Assembly (NCBI GenBank): GCA_028284675.1
Contig: JANQRI010000005.1
Location: 31,997-95,996, forward strand
Source: Gammaproteobacteria bacterium
Lineage (GTDB): Bacteria; Pseudomonadota; Gammaproteobacteria; HTCC5015
Reading direction: 5' to 3'
DNA: 64,000 nucleotides
Part shown: positions 9,875 through 18,688 of the stretch, piece after piece
Layout: every line of letters begins with the position of its first letter
How positions within the stretch are numbered: the stretch's first letter is position 1
Position numbers and translations under genes: made by a program
Notes under the pieces: model-generated
Seen by the model: only the letters and a program-made list of their open reading frames with translations
What the model was told of the DNA's origin: nothing
Databases searched by the model: none

Positions 9875-10438
9875 ATGTCACTAACCATTCCAAATATTCT
9901 GACATTGTTCAGAATCGTCCTGATACCAATTCTATTTATACTCTTTTGGTTGCCGGTCGATTGGGCCCGGCCTGCTTGTGGTATTGTTTTCACGCTGGGT
10001 GCGGTCACCGACTGGTTTGATGGGTATCTGGCCCGTCGTTTGGGTCAGCACACGAATTTCGGTGAGTTTCTTGATCCGGTAGCGGATAAGTTGATGGTTG
10101 TGTCAGCATTGATACTGATTCTCAGTGGTGAGCCAAAATTATGGATGGTGATTCCGGTCGCCGTTATTATCGGGCGTGAAATTGTAATCTCCGCGCTGCG
10201 CGAATGGATGGCCGAGCTGGGTAAACGTGCTCAGGTGGCCGTCAGTATGGTTGGAAAAACCAAAACAACGTTTCAAATGATTGCAATTGCGTTTTTGTTG
10301 TTTGAGCAGCCGTTGCTGGGTATTCAGATTTACCCTATTGGAGTGCTGCTTTTGCAGGTTGCCGCCGTGCTGACGATTATGTCGATGTTTTTATATCTGA
10401 AATCAGCCTGGCCTTATATCGGAGAGTCACGCAATTGA
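9875..10438 (+). CDS. pgsA: CDP-diacylglycerol--glycerol-3-phosphate 3-phosphatidyltransferase
   Basis: CDP-alcohol phosphatidyltransferase motif DWFDGYLARRLGQHTNFGEFLDPVADK, with multiple TM segments. Confidence 0.95.
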   Translation: MSLTIPNILTLFRIVLIPILFILFWLPVDWARPACGIVFTLGAVTDWFDGYLARRLGQHTNFGEFLDPVADKLMVVSALILILSGEPKLWMVIPVAVIIGREIVISALREWMAELGKRAQVAVSMVGKTKTTFQMIAIAFLLFEQPLLGIQIYPIGVLLLQVAAVLTIMSMFLYLKSAWPYIGESRN

Positions 10439-10503
10439 TCCGGCACAGTGTGTGCTTGACTAGATCTTCGTGCGGGTTAGAATAACCGCCCTGCCGATAT
10501 CAA

Positions 10504-10579
<76 letters not shown>

Positions 10580-10690
10580 TTAAGTCGTTGATTTTAAAGA
10601 AACCGGTTTTTATATTGCTGCAGTATGGCCATAAGTCGATGTGCCTGACTGTGGCTCAATGTACGGTTGCTTATTTTAGTAAGCTTTAGC

Positions 10691-11296
10691 CTAGTACTTA
10701 ATACTGCAGCCATAAGGTGCGGTTTTCGTTTTGGCAATTTTCTCGCCGGCCAATAATGAGTCCATCGCACTGCGCAGAAAGTTCTCTGACTTCGGAATAT
10801 CGGCAGGATCGGCACTGTTAATACTGTCGATAGCTCCGTTATATCTCAATATTCCAGCCTGGTCGATGACAAAGATATGTGGTGTAGTGCGGGCGCCGTA
10901 CAGGCGGCCGACTTCGCCGTCAGGGTCCAGTAATACCGCGGTTGGCTGGGCACCTCTTGACGCGGTGAGCTCATTCGCTTGAGTGCCTGAAACATAGCCT
11001 TGTTTGCCGGGTGCGGATGAAATAATCGACAACCAGATAATATTTTTTTCAGTGTATAACTTTTGCAGCGCTTGCATATTGCCGCTTTTATAATGCTTGC
11101 GCACAAACGGACAGTCATGGTTTGTCCATTCGAGAATAACAATCCGGTCTTTAAAATCACTCAGCGATACCGATGCAGCATTACTGTCCGGTAATGTAAA
11201 AGCCGGGGCATTACTCCCGATTTTAGCTGTTGCAAAGACGTTTGAAGAAACGGATAAACACAGGCATACCAGTAAGATACGGTTTATTTTATTCAT
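10691..11296 (-). CDS. Secreted thioredoxin-fold (redoxin family) protein
   Basis: Signal peptide MNKINRILLVCLCLSVSSNVFA, then ILEWTNHDCPFVRKHY, a thioredoxin-fold motif with a single CPxV cysteine. The ORF track starts 6 codons earlier at 11314. Confidence 0.7.
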   Translation of the reverse strand: MNKINRILLVCLCLSVSSNVFATAKIGSNAPAFTLPDSNAASVSLSDFKDRIVILEWTNHDCPFVRKHYKSGNMQALQKLYTEKNIIWLSIISSAPGKQGYVSGTQANELTASRGAQPTAVLLDPDGEVGRLYGARTTPHIFVIDQAGILRYNGAIDSINSADPADIPKSENFLRSAMDSLLAGEKIAKTKTAPYGCSIKY

Positions 11297-11453
11297 TTGC
11301 AAAGCGTCTCCCATTGACGATTGTTATTGCTTGAGTACGAATGTCGAATGCTGAAAAAGTTCCATATGAAAGCGTCAATAGCGCAGTAAATCAGGGTTTG
11401 TACCGTCAGAGGCTGCTATTATAGAATGAACCATTTAGGGCTTCTGACCAAAT

Positions 11454-12773
11454 TTGTATAAACAAGCAAAAATTATCCAGCGCTCCGGGCATAATATATC
11501 CCGCACCAATATTAATGACAGTGCGTTAAAAGTGCTGTACCGGTTGCATCACGGAGGTTATAAGGCGCACCTGGTCGGAGGCTGTGTTCGCGATTTATTG
11601 CTCAACCGGGTGCCTAAGGATTTTGATGTCGTGACTGATGCACACCCGGAGCAGATCAAGCAATTGTTTGAAAACTGTCGTCTGATCGGGCGGCGTTTTC
11701 GCCTGGCTCATGTGATGTTTGGCCGTGATATTGTCGAAGTCGCGACATTTAGAGGGCAACAAAGTGATGATGAGCAGCGCCTGAATACCGAGAACGGCCG
11801 GATTGTCCGTGATAATGTTTACGGTGATATTGAAGAGGATATCTGGCGGCGTGATTTCACAATGAATGCGCTGTATTACAATATTGCTGATTTCAGTTTG
11901 ATTGATTATGCCGGTGCGCTGGACGATATCCGTAAGGGTGTTATTCGGCTGATCGGTGATCCACAAATACGTTATCGTGAAGACCCGGTAAGGATGTTGC
12001 GGGCAATACGGTTTGCTGCAAAACTTGGATTTAAAATAGACCGTTATTCTGCTGAACCGATTTATGAAATGGGGCATCTGCTGAAAGATATTCCCTCTGC
12101 GCGTTTATTTGATGAAGTCATCAAGCTTTTTCATGGTGGGCATGCGGTAAAAAGTTTTGATTTATTGCGTCAATATGGCTTGTTTGAGCACCTTTTTCCG
12201 GCAACCCATCACCTGCTTGAGCGGGAACCGTATGCCTTTTCACTGTCATTTATTCAGGCGGCATTAACCAATACCGATATCAGAATTAATCAGGGCAAAC
12301 CGGTTACGCCTGCATTTTTATTTGCAATATTCTTGTGGTTGCCATTATTAAAATCCCTAAAATACACAGTGGATCAGGAAATTCCGGGTGTGATGGAAAT
12401 GCAAAGGGCCGCGTCCAGAATCATCCATGAACAACATCAAAGAACAACTGTGCCGCGCCGCTTTACTACCGTGATGCGCGATATATGGACATTGCAGCCT
12501 CGTTTGCAGCGATACAAACGCAGGCGTGCATTGCAATTGCTTTCGCATTTGCGATTTCGTGCTGGCTATGATTTTTTATATCTGCGTGCGCAGGCAGGGG
12601 AAGCGGTGCAGGAACAGTCTGAGTGGTGGACGGAGATTCAGCAAAAAGATACGGCCGATCAGTTGAATATGGCAGAGGTACCGGCGTCTTCGAAGAAAAA
12701 CGTCCGCCGTAAACGCAGAACGAAAAAAAAGGGAAGAAACAAACCGGCGACAGATCGTAGTGACAGGAAATAG
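11454..12773 (+). CDS. pcnB: Poly(A) polymerase I
   Basis: Head domain GGYKAHLVGGCVRDLLLNRVPKDFDV and RRDFTMNALYY, with a Lys/Arg-rich C-terminal tail. TTG start. folK follows, as in E. coli. Confidence 0.92.
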   Translation: MYKQAKIIQRSGHNISRTNINDSALKVLYRLHHGGYKAHLVGGCVRDLLLNRVPKDFDVVTDAHPEQIKQLFENCRLIGRRFRLAHVMFGRDIVEVATFRGQQSDDEQRLNTENGRIVRDNVYGDIEEDIWRRDFTMNALYYNIADFSLIDYAGALDDIRKGVIRLIGDPQIRYREDPVRMLRAIRFAAKLGFKIDRYSAEPIYEMGHLLKDIPSARLFDEVIKLFHGGHAVKSFDLLRQYGLFEHLFPATHHLLEREPYAFSLSFIQAALTNTDIRINQGKPVTPAFLFAIFLWLPLLKSLKYTVDQEIPGVMEMQRAASRIIHEQHQRTTVPRRFTTVMRDIWTLQPRLQRYKRRRALQLLSHLRFRAGYDFLYLRAQAGEAVQEQSEWWTEIQQKDTADQLNMAEVPASSKKNVRRKRRTKKKGRNKPATDRSDRK

Positions 12774-12774
12774 T

Positions 12775-13308
12775 ATGATCCGGCCTGCAGTAACGACTTA
12801 TTTGGGGTTGGGAAGCAACTTGGGAGATTCCATTGGGCATATCGCCGGAGCGATTCAGGAATTATCAGAGTTGCCGGATTGTGAATTACTTGAGTCATCT
12901 TCGTTTTATAAAAGCGCAGCCTTATTGCCTGATGAGCAGACGGGATATTCGGTCGAAACGCAGCCGGATTATATTAACGCGGTAGTTGCATTACATACCG
13001 CATGGGACCCGAAGTCTTTATTGAATGAATTGTTTGTGATTGAGCGGCGGCATCAGCGGGTTCGTGTCCAGCATTGGGGGCCAAGAACCCTCGATCTGGA
13101 TATCCTGCTGTACGGAGACAGCTGTATCAATGAGCCCGGTCTCAGTATTCCGCATCCGGAGATGCATAAACGTGCATTCGTACTGTATCCTCTATATGAA
13201 ATTGCACCGAAACTTGAAATTCCCGGCAAAGGCCCGTTAAAGCACTTGATTGATGGCTTAGAGGCGAGTGAAATACGTAAATTGACAACAGCTTTACTTG
13301 AGCGGTAA
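12775..13308 (+). CDS. folK: 2-amino-4-hydroxy-6-hydroxymethyldihydropteridine diphosphokinase
   Basis: Contains YLGLGSNLGD and HWGPRTLDLDILLYG motifs. ATG 12775 lies 1 nt after the pcnB stop. The ORF-track start at 12760 would overlap pcnB. Confidence 0.9.
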   Translation: MIRPAVTTYLGLGSNLGDSIGHIAGAIQELSELPDCELLESSSFYKSAALLPDEQTGYSVETQPDYINAVVALHTAWDPKSLLNELFVIERRHQRVRVQHWGPRTLDLDILLYGDSCINEPGLSIPHPEMHKRAFVLYPLYEIAPKLEIPGKGPLKHLIDGLEASEIRKLTTALLER

Positions 13309-13310
13309 TA

Positions 13311-13958
13311 ATGCAGGCAAAATTAGATTACATTGTGGTTGAAGGCCCGATTGGTGTCGGTAAAACAAGCCTCGCAAAGCGTCTGGCGGAAGCATTTAAT
13401 ACGGATTTGCTTTTGGAAGCAGCCGATGGCAACCCTTTTCTGGAGAGTTTTTATCGAAACCCCAGTCGTGCGGCACTGGCTACCCAGCTGTTTTTCCTGT
13501 TGCAGCGTGCCCAGCAGATCAATGAACTTAGCCAGGCAGATATGTTTCAACCGGTGCGAATCGCTGATTTTTTAATCGAAAAAGACAGGCTGTTTGCGGA
13601 ATTGACCCTTGATAGTGATGAATTGAAACTGTATGAACAGGTTTATTCACATTTAACATTGAATGCACCCAAGCCTGATCTGGTGATTTATCTGCAGGCT
13701 CCGGTCGAGGTGTTGTTGGACCGGATTGCAAAGCGTGGTATTACTCATGAGCAGCTGATAGAAGCGGCTTATTTGCAGCGCCTGGTTGAAGCATACACAC
13801 GGTTTTTTTACGATTATAATGATTCGCCGTTATTGATTGTGAATGCGACGGATATTAATTTTGTTGATAACGATGCTGATTTTCAGCTGTTGCTGGAGCA
13901 GGTGCGCAAACCCAATACCGGGATACAATATTTTAATCCTGCGCCTTACAATGTTTAA
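13311..13958 (+). CDS. Deoxynucleoside kinase family protein
   Basis: P-loop VVEGPIGVGKTSLAKRL, PDLVIYLQAPVEVLLDRIAKRG and an overall dCK/dGK-like layout. Confidence 0.75.
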   Translation: MQAKLDYIVVEGPIGVGKTSLAKRLAEAFNTDLLLEAADGNPFLESFYRNPSRAALATQLFFLLQRAQQINELSQADMFQPVRIADFLIEKDRLFAELTLDSDELKLYEQVYSHLTLNAPKPDLVIYLQAPVEVLLDRIAKRGITHEQLIEAAYLQRLVEAYTRFFYDYNDSPLLIVNATDINFVDNDADFQLLLEQVRKPNTGIQYFNPAPYNV

Positions 13959-13985
13959 GGGTTTATTGAACAGGTTGTATGCCCT

Positions 13986-14804
13986 ATGACAGAAACAAAT
14001 ACAAAGCGAGTTCAGGTTACGGTGCGAACCTTGCAGCGCATGAAGCGGCAGGGCGATAAAATTGCAATGCTGACTGCCTATGATGCCAGTTTTGCCGCTA
14101 TTTTGGATAAGGCCAATCTGGATGTGATACTGGTCGGTGATTCACTCGGTAATGTGATTCAGGGAAGAAGCAGCACTTTGCCGGTTACGATGGACGAAAT
14201 GATTTACCATACCGCGGCAGTGGCGCGCGGCTGTCACCGGCCGTTACTGATTGCGGATATGCCGTTTATGAGCTACCGCTCGACTGATCTGGCGTTATCC
14301 AATGCTGCCAGGTTTATGCAGGAGGCCGGTGCCCATATGGTGAAGCTTGAATGTACCGATGCTCAGCGCGATATTGTCAGTGCGTTGGTAAACGAAGGTA
14401 TTCCGGTTTGCGCGCACTTGGGCCTGCGACCGCAATCAGTACATAAACTGGGTGGTTTCTGGGTGCAGGGGCGTGATGAGTCAGCAGCTGCCGCAATGTT
14501 GCAACAAGCGCGACAACTGGAAGCGGCCGGCGCTGATTTATTGTTGCTGGAAGCTGTGCCCGCATCATTGGCGGCAGAGATAAGCCGTGAAGTTCAGGTG
14601 CCGGTTATCGGTATCGGTGCCGGCGTGGAATGTGACGGCCAGGTGTTGGTTTTATATGATGTGCTCGGGATTTCGCAAACCCGGATACCCAAATTCGCGC
14701 AAAACTTTTTGACTGAAAACATCTCCGTGCAGGCTGCAGTGGAGGCTTATGTGGCGGCGGTTAAATCTTCAGCATTTCCAACTGAAGCGCATAGCTTTAA
14801 TTAA
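13986..14804 (+). CDS. panB: 3-methyl-2-oxobutanoate hydroxymethyltransferase
   Basis: Motifs IAMLTAYDASFA, ILVGDSLGNV and ADMPFMSY. Confidence 0.95.
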   Translation: MTETNTKRVQVTVRTLQRMKRQGDKIAMLTAYDASFAAILDKANLDVILVGDSLGNVIQGRSSTLPVTMDEMIYHTAAVARGCHRPLLIADMPFMSYRSTDLALSNAARFMQEAGAHMVKLECTDAQRDIVSALVNEGIPVCAHLGLRPQSVHKLGGFWVQGRDESAAAAMLQQARQLEAAGADLLLLEAVPASLAAEISREVQVPVIGIGAGVECDGQVLVLYDVLGISQTRIPKFAQNFLTENISVQAAVEAYVAAVKSSAFPTEAHSFN

Positions 14805-14833
14805 TCTCTTGCGGTTGCAGGGCTTCAGCTGGC

Positions 14834-15682
14834 ATGGACACGATATCCGCGATTGCTCAATTACGTGACAGAGTAAACCAATGGCAGGCAAGTGGTGAGC
14901 GCATCGCTTTTGTGCCGACCATGGGGAATTTACATGCGGGTCATCTTGAATTGATAAAGGCTGCTGCGGGTAAAGGTAGCCGGGTACTGGTCAGTATTTT
15001 TGTCAATCCATTGCAGTTTGCACCGGGCGAAGATTTTGAAAAATACCCAAGGACACTGGCTGATGATCGCGAACAGTTGTCAGGCCTGTCAGTTGATTGT
15101 TTGTTTACGCCCGATACCGAAATACTCTATCCTCGTGGAAAATCCGGTACAGCCATGGTTGTTGTGCCGGAATTAAGTGACGTATTATGCGGCGCATCCC
15201 GCCCCGGGCATTTTGCGGGGGTCGCTACAGTGGTCGCTAAATTATTTAATCTGGTGCAACCGTCAGTGGCCCTGTTTGGTAAAAAAGACTATCAACAACT
15301 GCTGATAATCCGTCGTATGGTTCAGGATTTAAACTTTCCTACCGAAATAATTGGGGTGGAGACGGTCAGGGAACATGATGGTTTGGCAATGAGTTCACGA
15401 AATCAGTATTTGAGTGCAGGAGAGCGAGCTAAAGCTCCGGAGCTGTTTCGGGTGTTGTCAGATGTTAAGCGCTCGATTATGGGCGGTGCACGGGATTACC
15501 CCCGGCTGGAGCAGGATGCAATGCAGGCATTATCAGCGCATGGGTTTGCCCCGGAGTATGTAGAAGTGCGTAGATCTGATGATTTGTTACGGCCTTCTGA
15601 TCATGATCAATCCTTGGTGTTGCTTGCAGCGGCACGTTTGGGTCAGGCTCGTTTGATCGATAATCTGGAAATTCGTTGCTGA
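14834..15682 (+). CDS. panC: Pantoate--beta-alanine ligase
   Basis: Motifs FVPTMGNLHAGHLELI and FGKKDYQQL. Confidence 0.95.
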   Translation: MDTISAIAQLRDRVNQWQASGERIAFVPTMGNLHAGHLELIKAAAGKGSRVLVSIFVNPLQFAPGEDFEKYPRTLADDREQLSGLSVDCLFTPDTEILYPRGKSGTAMVVVPELSDVLCGASRPGHFAGVATVVAKLFNLVQPSVALFGKKDYQQLLIIRRMVQDLNFPTEIIGVETVREHDGLAMSSRNQYLSAGERAKAPELFRVLSDVKRSIMGGARDYPRLEQDAMQALSAHGFAPEYVEVRRSDDLLRPSDHDQSLVLLAAARLGQARLIDNLEIRC

Positions 15683-15740
15683 AAGAAGTTATAATGCTGA
15701 TGCTTTTCCGTTTTATTATTAATTTTTTTAATAATCAAAG

Positions 15741-16133
15741 GTGCCAGTGGCGGTGCAGGTAACGCTCTTAAAATCCAAGTTACATCAGGCATATGTGACT
15801 CATTCCGAGCTGGAGTATGAGGGGTCGTGTGCTATTGATGGAAGCTTGCTGGATGCGGCCGGTATCCACGAATATGAGCAGATTCAGATTTACAATCTGA
15901 ATAACGGCGAGCGGTTTACAACGTATGCGATCCGGGCAGAGGCGGATAGCGGCGTTATTTCAGTTAACGGTGCGGCGGCGCATAAAGCCCAGCCGGGCGA
16001 CCGGGTTATCATATGCACATATGGGCAGTTCAATAGTCATGAAGCGTCGTTGCATAAGCCCATATTAATTTATATGGACCGGGAAAACCGGATTGTTCGC
16101 ACTGCAAATGCGGTTCCGATTCAGGCCGCCTGA
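15741..16133 (+). CDS. panD: Aspartate 1-decarboxylase
   Basis: [24 protein letters not shown] includes the Gly-Ser self-processing site. GTG start, and the exact start is uncertain. Confidence 0.9.
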   Translation: MPVAVQVTLLKSKLHQAYVTHSELEYEGSCAIDGSLLDAAGIHEYEQIQIYNLNNGERFTTYAIRAEADSGVISVNGAAAHKAQPGDRVIICTYGQFNSHEASLHKPILIYMDRENRIVRTANAVPIQAA

Positions 16134-16370
16134 GCTGGTTTATCCAAAACCGGCTTATTCCAAATTATATTCTGCCCCAATCGAGGGCTTTTCCGATCAA
16201 GTTCAGGGAATAATGGCCGAGCGTATACAATAGAGCGCTTTCTGGCCCTTATAGCTCATGGTTATTCCATCCATAACCGGGGAAAATAATCATTGGAGCA
16301 TGATAGGCTGGGTTTTCCACTGATGTTGAAGAATTGAATATGATGGTTTTTTGATTGCCCGGAGCTAACA

Positions 16371-18011
16371 ATGTCCTCATTAACAGATTCATCCGCCTGG
16401 CGGGCGCTTGTAGAACATTCAAAGTCCATGCCGTCAGTGCATATGCAGACACTTTTCGATGCTGATCCGCAACGTGCGGCAAAGTTCCGGTGTGAGGCTA
16501 CCGGCATACTTCTGGATTATTCAAAGAACCGTGTTACTGAAGAAACCTTTAATTTGTTGTTGGCACTGGCGCGTAGTGCCGGGTTGGAAGACTGGCGGGC
16601 GCGCATGTTCAATGCGGACACAATCAATCATACCGAGGCCCGCGCGGTATTGCATGTGGCACTGAGAAACCGCTCAGATAGTCCACTTATGCTGAATGGC
16701 GAGGATATTATGCCCGCTGTTCGAAAGGTGCAGGCCAAAATGCGGGACTTTTCTCAGGCGGTTCGACAGGGGAGCTGGCGTGGATATAATGGCAAGCCAA
16801 TCAAGGACATCGTCAATATTGGAATCGGTGGCTCAGACCTGGGGCCACGAATGGTGTGCGAAGCACTGAAACCTTATGCCCGCGCAGACTTAAGAACTCA
16901 TTTTGTCTCGAATATTGATGGGGATCATATCCAGGATACGCTGAGTTTATGCGAGCCGTCCACTACGCTATTTATCGTTTCTTCAAAAAGCTTTTCAACT
17001 CAGGAAACACTGAATAATGCGCTGGCTGCCAGGGCATGGTTTTTGGGTAATGGGGGTTCTGAGATAGAGATTCGCAAGCATTTCGTTGCGGTGACAACAA
17101 ATGCAAAGGCGGCGACTGAATTTGGGATTGATTCGGACAGCTTGTTTGATATGTGGGATTGGGTCGGCGGACGTTTTTCATTGTGGTCGGCTATTGGTCT
17201 GCCGATTGCGTTGAGTGTCGGCATGGAGGAGTTTGATGCACTGCTGGCCGGTGCGTATGCAATGGATCAGCATTTTTGTAATGCACCGTTAACCGATAAT
17301 TTGCCGGTTATATTGGGCTTGCTGGGGGTTTGGTATAACAACTTTTTGGGTTTTGATACCCTTGCGGTATTGCCTTATGTGCAGCATCTGGAACATTTTC
17401 CCGGATATTTACAACAGGGTGATATGGAGAGTAATGGTAAGCGTATCGACCGTAATGGTAATGAGGTTGATTACCAAACCGGGCCAATCATTTGGGGTAG
17501 TACCGGTACCAATGCACAGCATGCTTTTTTTCAATTGATGCACCAGGGTACCAAGCCTATACCCGCCGATTTTATTCTGGTACGTGACAGCCACTCTGAT
17601 TTGGCCAATCAACAGCGCATGCTGTTGGCTAACGGTTTGGCGCAAATGGAAGCACTGATGCGGGGTAAAACGGCTGATACGGTAGCGCAAGAACTCAGTG
17701 AAAAAGGGGTGTCCGCTGAAGAGTGCGAACGCCTCAGTCCATACATGGTCTTTGAGGGCAATAAGCCGACTAATGCGCTGCTGATGGATAAATTGACCCC
17801 GGAGAGACTGGGAGCACTCATTGCACTGTATGAACACAAAATTTTTGTACAGGGTATTATCTGGAATATTAATTCTTTTGATCAGTGGGGTGTGGAATAT
17901 GGCAAGCAGCTCGCCAAAAATACCTTAAATGCCCTTAATGGTGAGTTGGAAGCGGCAAAGGGCTTCAGTGCTTCCACCAAAAGCCTGATCGATGCACTAA
18001 AATCCGAGTAG
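16371..18011 (+). CDS. pgi: Glucose-6-phosphate isomerase
   Basis: 546-aa ORF with DIVNIGIGGSDLGP and GSTGTNAQHAFFQLMHQG signatures. GGAG lies upstream of the ATG. Confidence 0.95.
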   Translation: MSSLTDSSAWRALVEHSKSMPSVHMQTLFDADPQRAAKFRCEATGILLDYSKNRVTEETFNLLLALARSAGLEDWRARMFNADTINHTEARAVLHVALRNRSDSPLMLNGEDIMPAVRKVQAKMRDFSQAVRQGSWRGYNGKPIKDIVNIGIGGSDLGPRMVCEALKPYARADLRTHFVSNIDGDHIQDTLSLCEPSTTLFIVSSKSFSTQETLNNALAARAWFLGNGGSEIEIRKHFVAVTTNAKAATEFGIDSDSLFDMWDWVGGRFSLWSAIGLPIALSVGMEEFDALLAGAYAMDQHFCNAPLTDNLPVILGLLGVWYNNFLGFDTLAVLPYVQHLEHFPGYLQQGDMESNGKRIDRNGNEVDYQTGPIIWGSTGTNAQHAFFQLMHQGTKPIPADFILVRDSHSDLANQQRMLLANGLAQMEALMRGKTADTVAQELSEKGVSAEECERLSPYMVFEGNKPTNALLMDKLTPERLGALIALYEHKIFVQGIIWNINSFDQWGVEYGKQLAKNTLNALNGELEAAKGFSASTKSLIDALKSE

Positions 18012-18151
18012 TTGTTTGTTATAACCTTCATATCGACGTAAATTGTGATGCTGATTGCGGTGCATGATTGTTGGATAATATAAAGTGCGTCCTTCTAAAG
18101 CATATTAGAGTATGATTCAGTCCAAAGTATAAAGCTGTGTGGAGGTGCGGC

Positions 18152-18679
18152 GTGAAAAAAACGATCTTCTCAGCTGTGTTGATCATGATGGTAAGTACCG
18201 GTCACGCGCAACAGGCCGGTTGGGAGTCCTCCCGGGAGGAGTTGCAGGGCATCGACGACCAGGTCCAGACTCTGAAAAAAGAAGTCATTCAAATAAACCA
18301 TGAGTTGTCTCTACTTGAGGAAAAACTGCTGTTTCCGTCGACGACCCAGCTTTCGGTGTTTGTATCGCTGGAGGCCAAGCCGGAGTTTCGTCTTGACTCG
18401 GTGGAACTGAAAGTAGGCGAGCAGGTTGTTGCAAAGCATATTTACACGTTTCGCGAACTTGAAGCACTGCAAAAGGGCGGCGTACAAAGGTTGCATACCG
18501 GTAACATTGCGACTGGAAAGCATCAGTTGCACGCGGTTATTCGCGGTAAAACCGCCGGAGGCAGCAATTTTGAGCGCACCGCGAGTTTTCCGGTTACCAA
18601 AGACATCAAGCCCAAGTTTGTTGAAATGCAGGTACAGGCCGGTGGCACCCAGCCACGCGTAAATTTCAAAGACTGGTAA
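18152..18679 (+). CDS. Secreted coiled-coil/beta-rich protein, first gene of the TPR-ExbBD-TonB-like cluster
   Basis: GTG at 18152 lies 6 nt after GGAGG (18141-18145) and gives the signal peptide VKKTIFSAVLIMMVSTGHA. The ORF track starts at 18137. The mature protein has a heptad-like stretch (QVQTLKKEVIQINHELSLLEEKL), then a beta-rich part. I do not recognise the family. Confidence 0.7.
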   Translation: MKKTIFSAVLIMMVSTGHAQQAGWESSREELQGIDDQVQTLKKEVIQINHELSLLEEKLLFPSTTQLSVFVSLEAKPEFRLDSVELKVGEQVVAKHIYTFRELEALQKGGVQRLHTGNIATGKHQLHAVIRGKTAGGSNFERTASFPVTKDIKPKFVEMQVQAGGTQPRVNFKDW

Positions 18680-18688
18680 TTTGCAATT

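Noticed and set aside
10600-10609. AAACCGGTTT palindrome after tRNA-Gly, and a similar AAAAACCGGTTTTT at 28301-28314, as possible intrinsic terminators or a repeated element.
   Set aside because: The palindromes are loop-less, AT-rich and very short. Two occurrences are not enough to call a repeat family, and terminator strength would be marginal.
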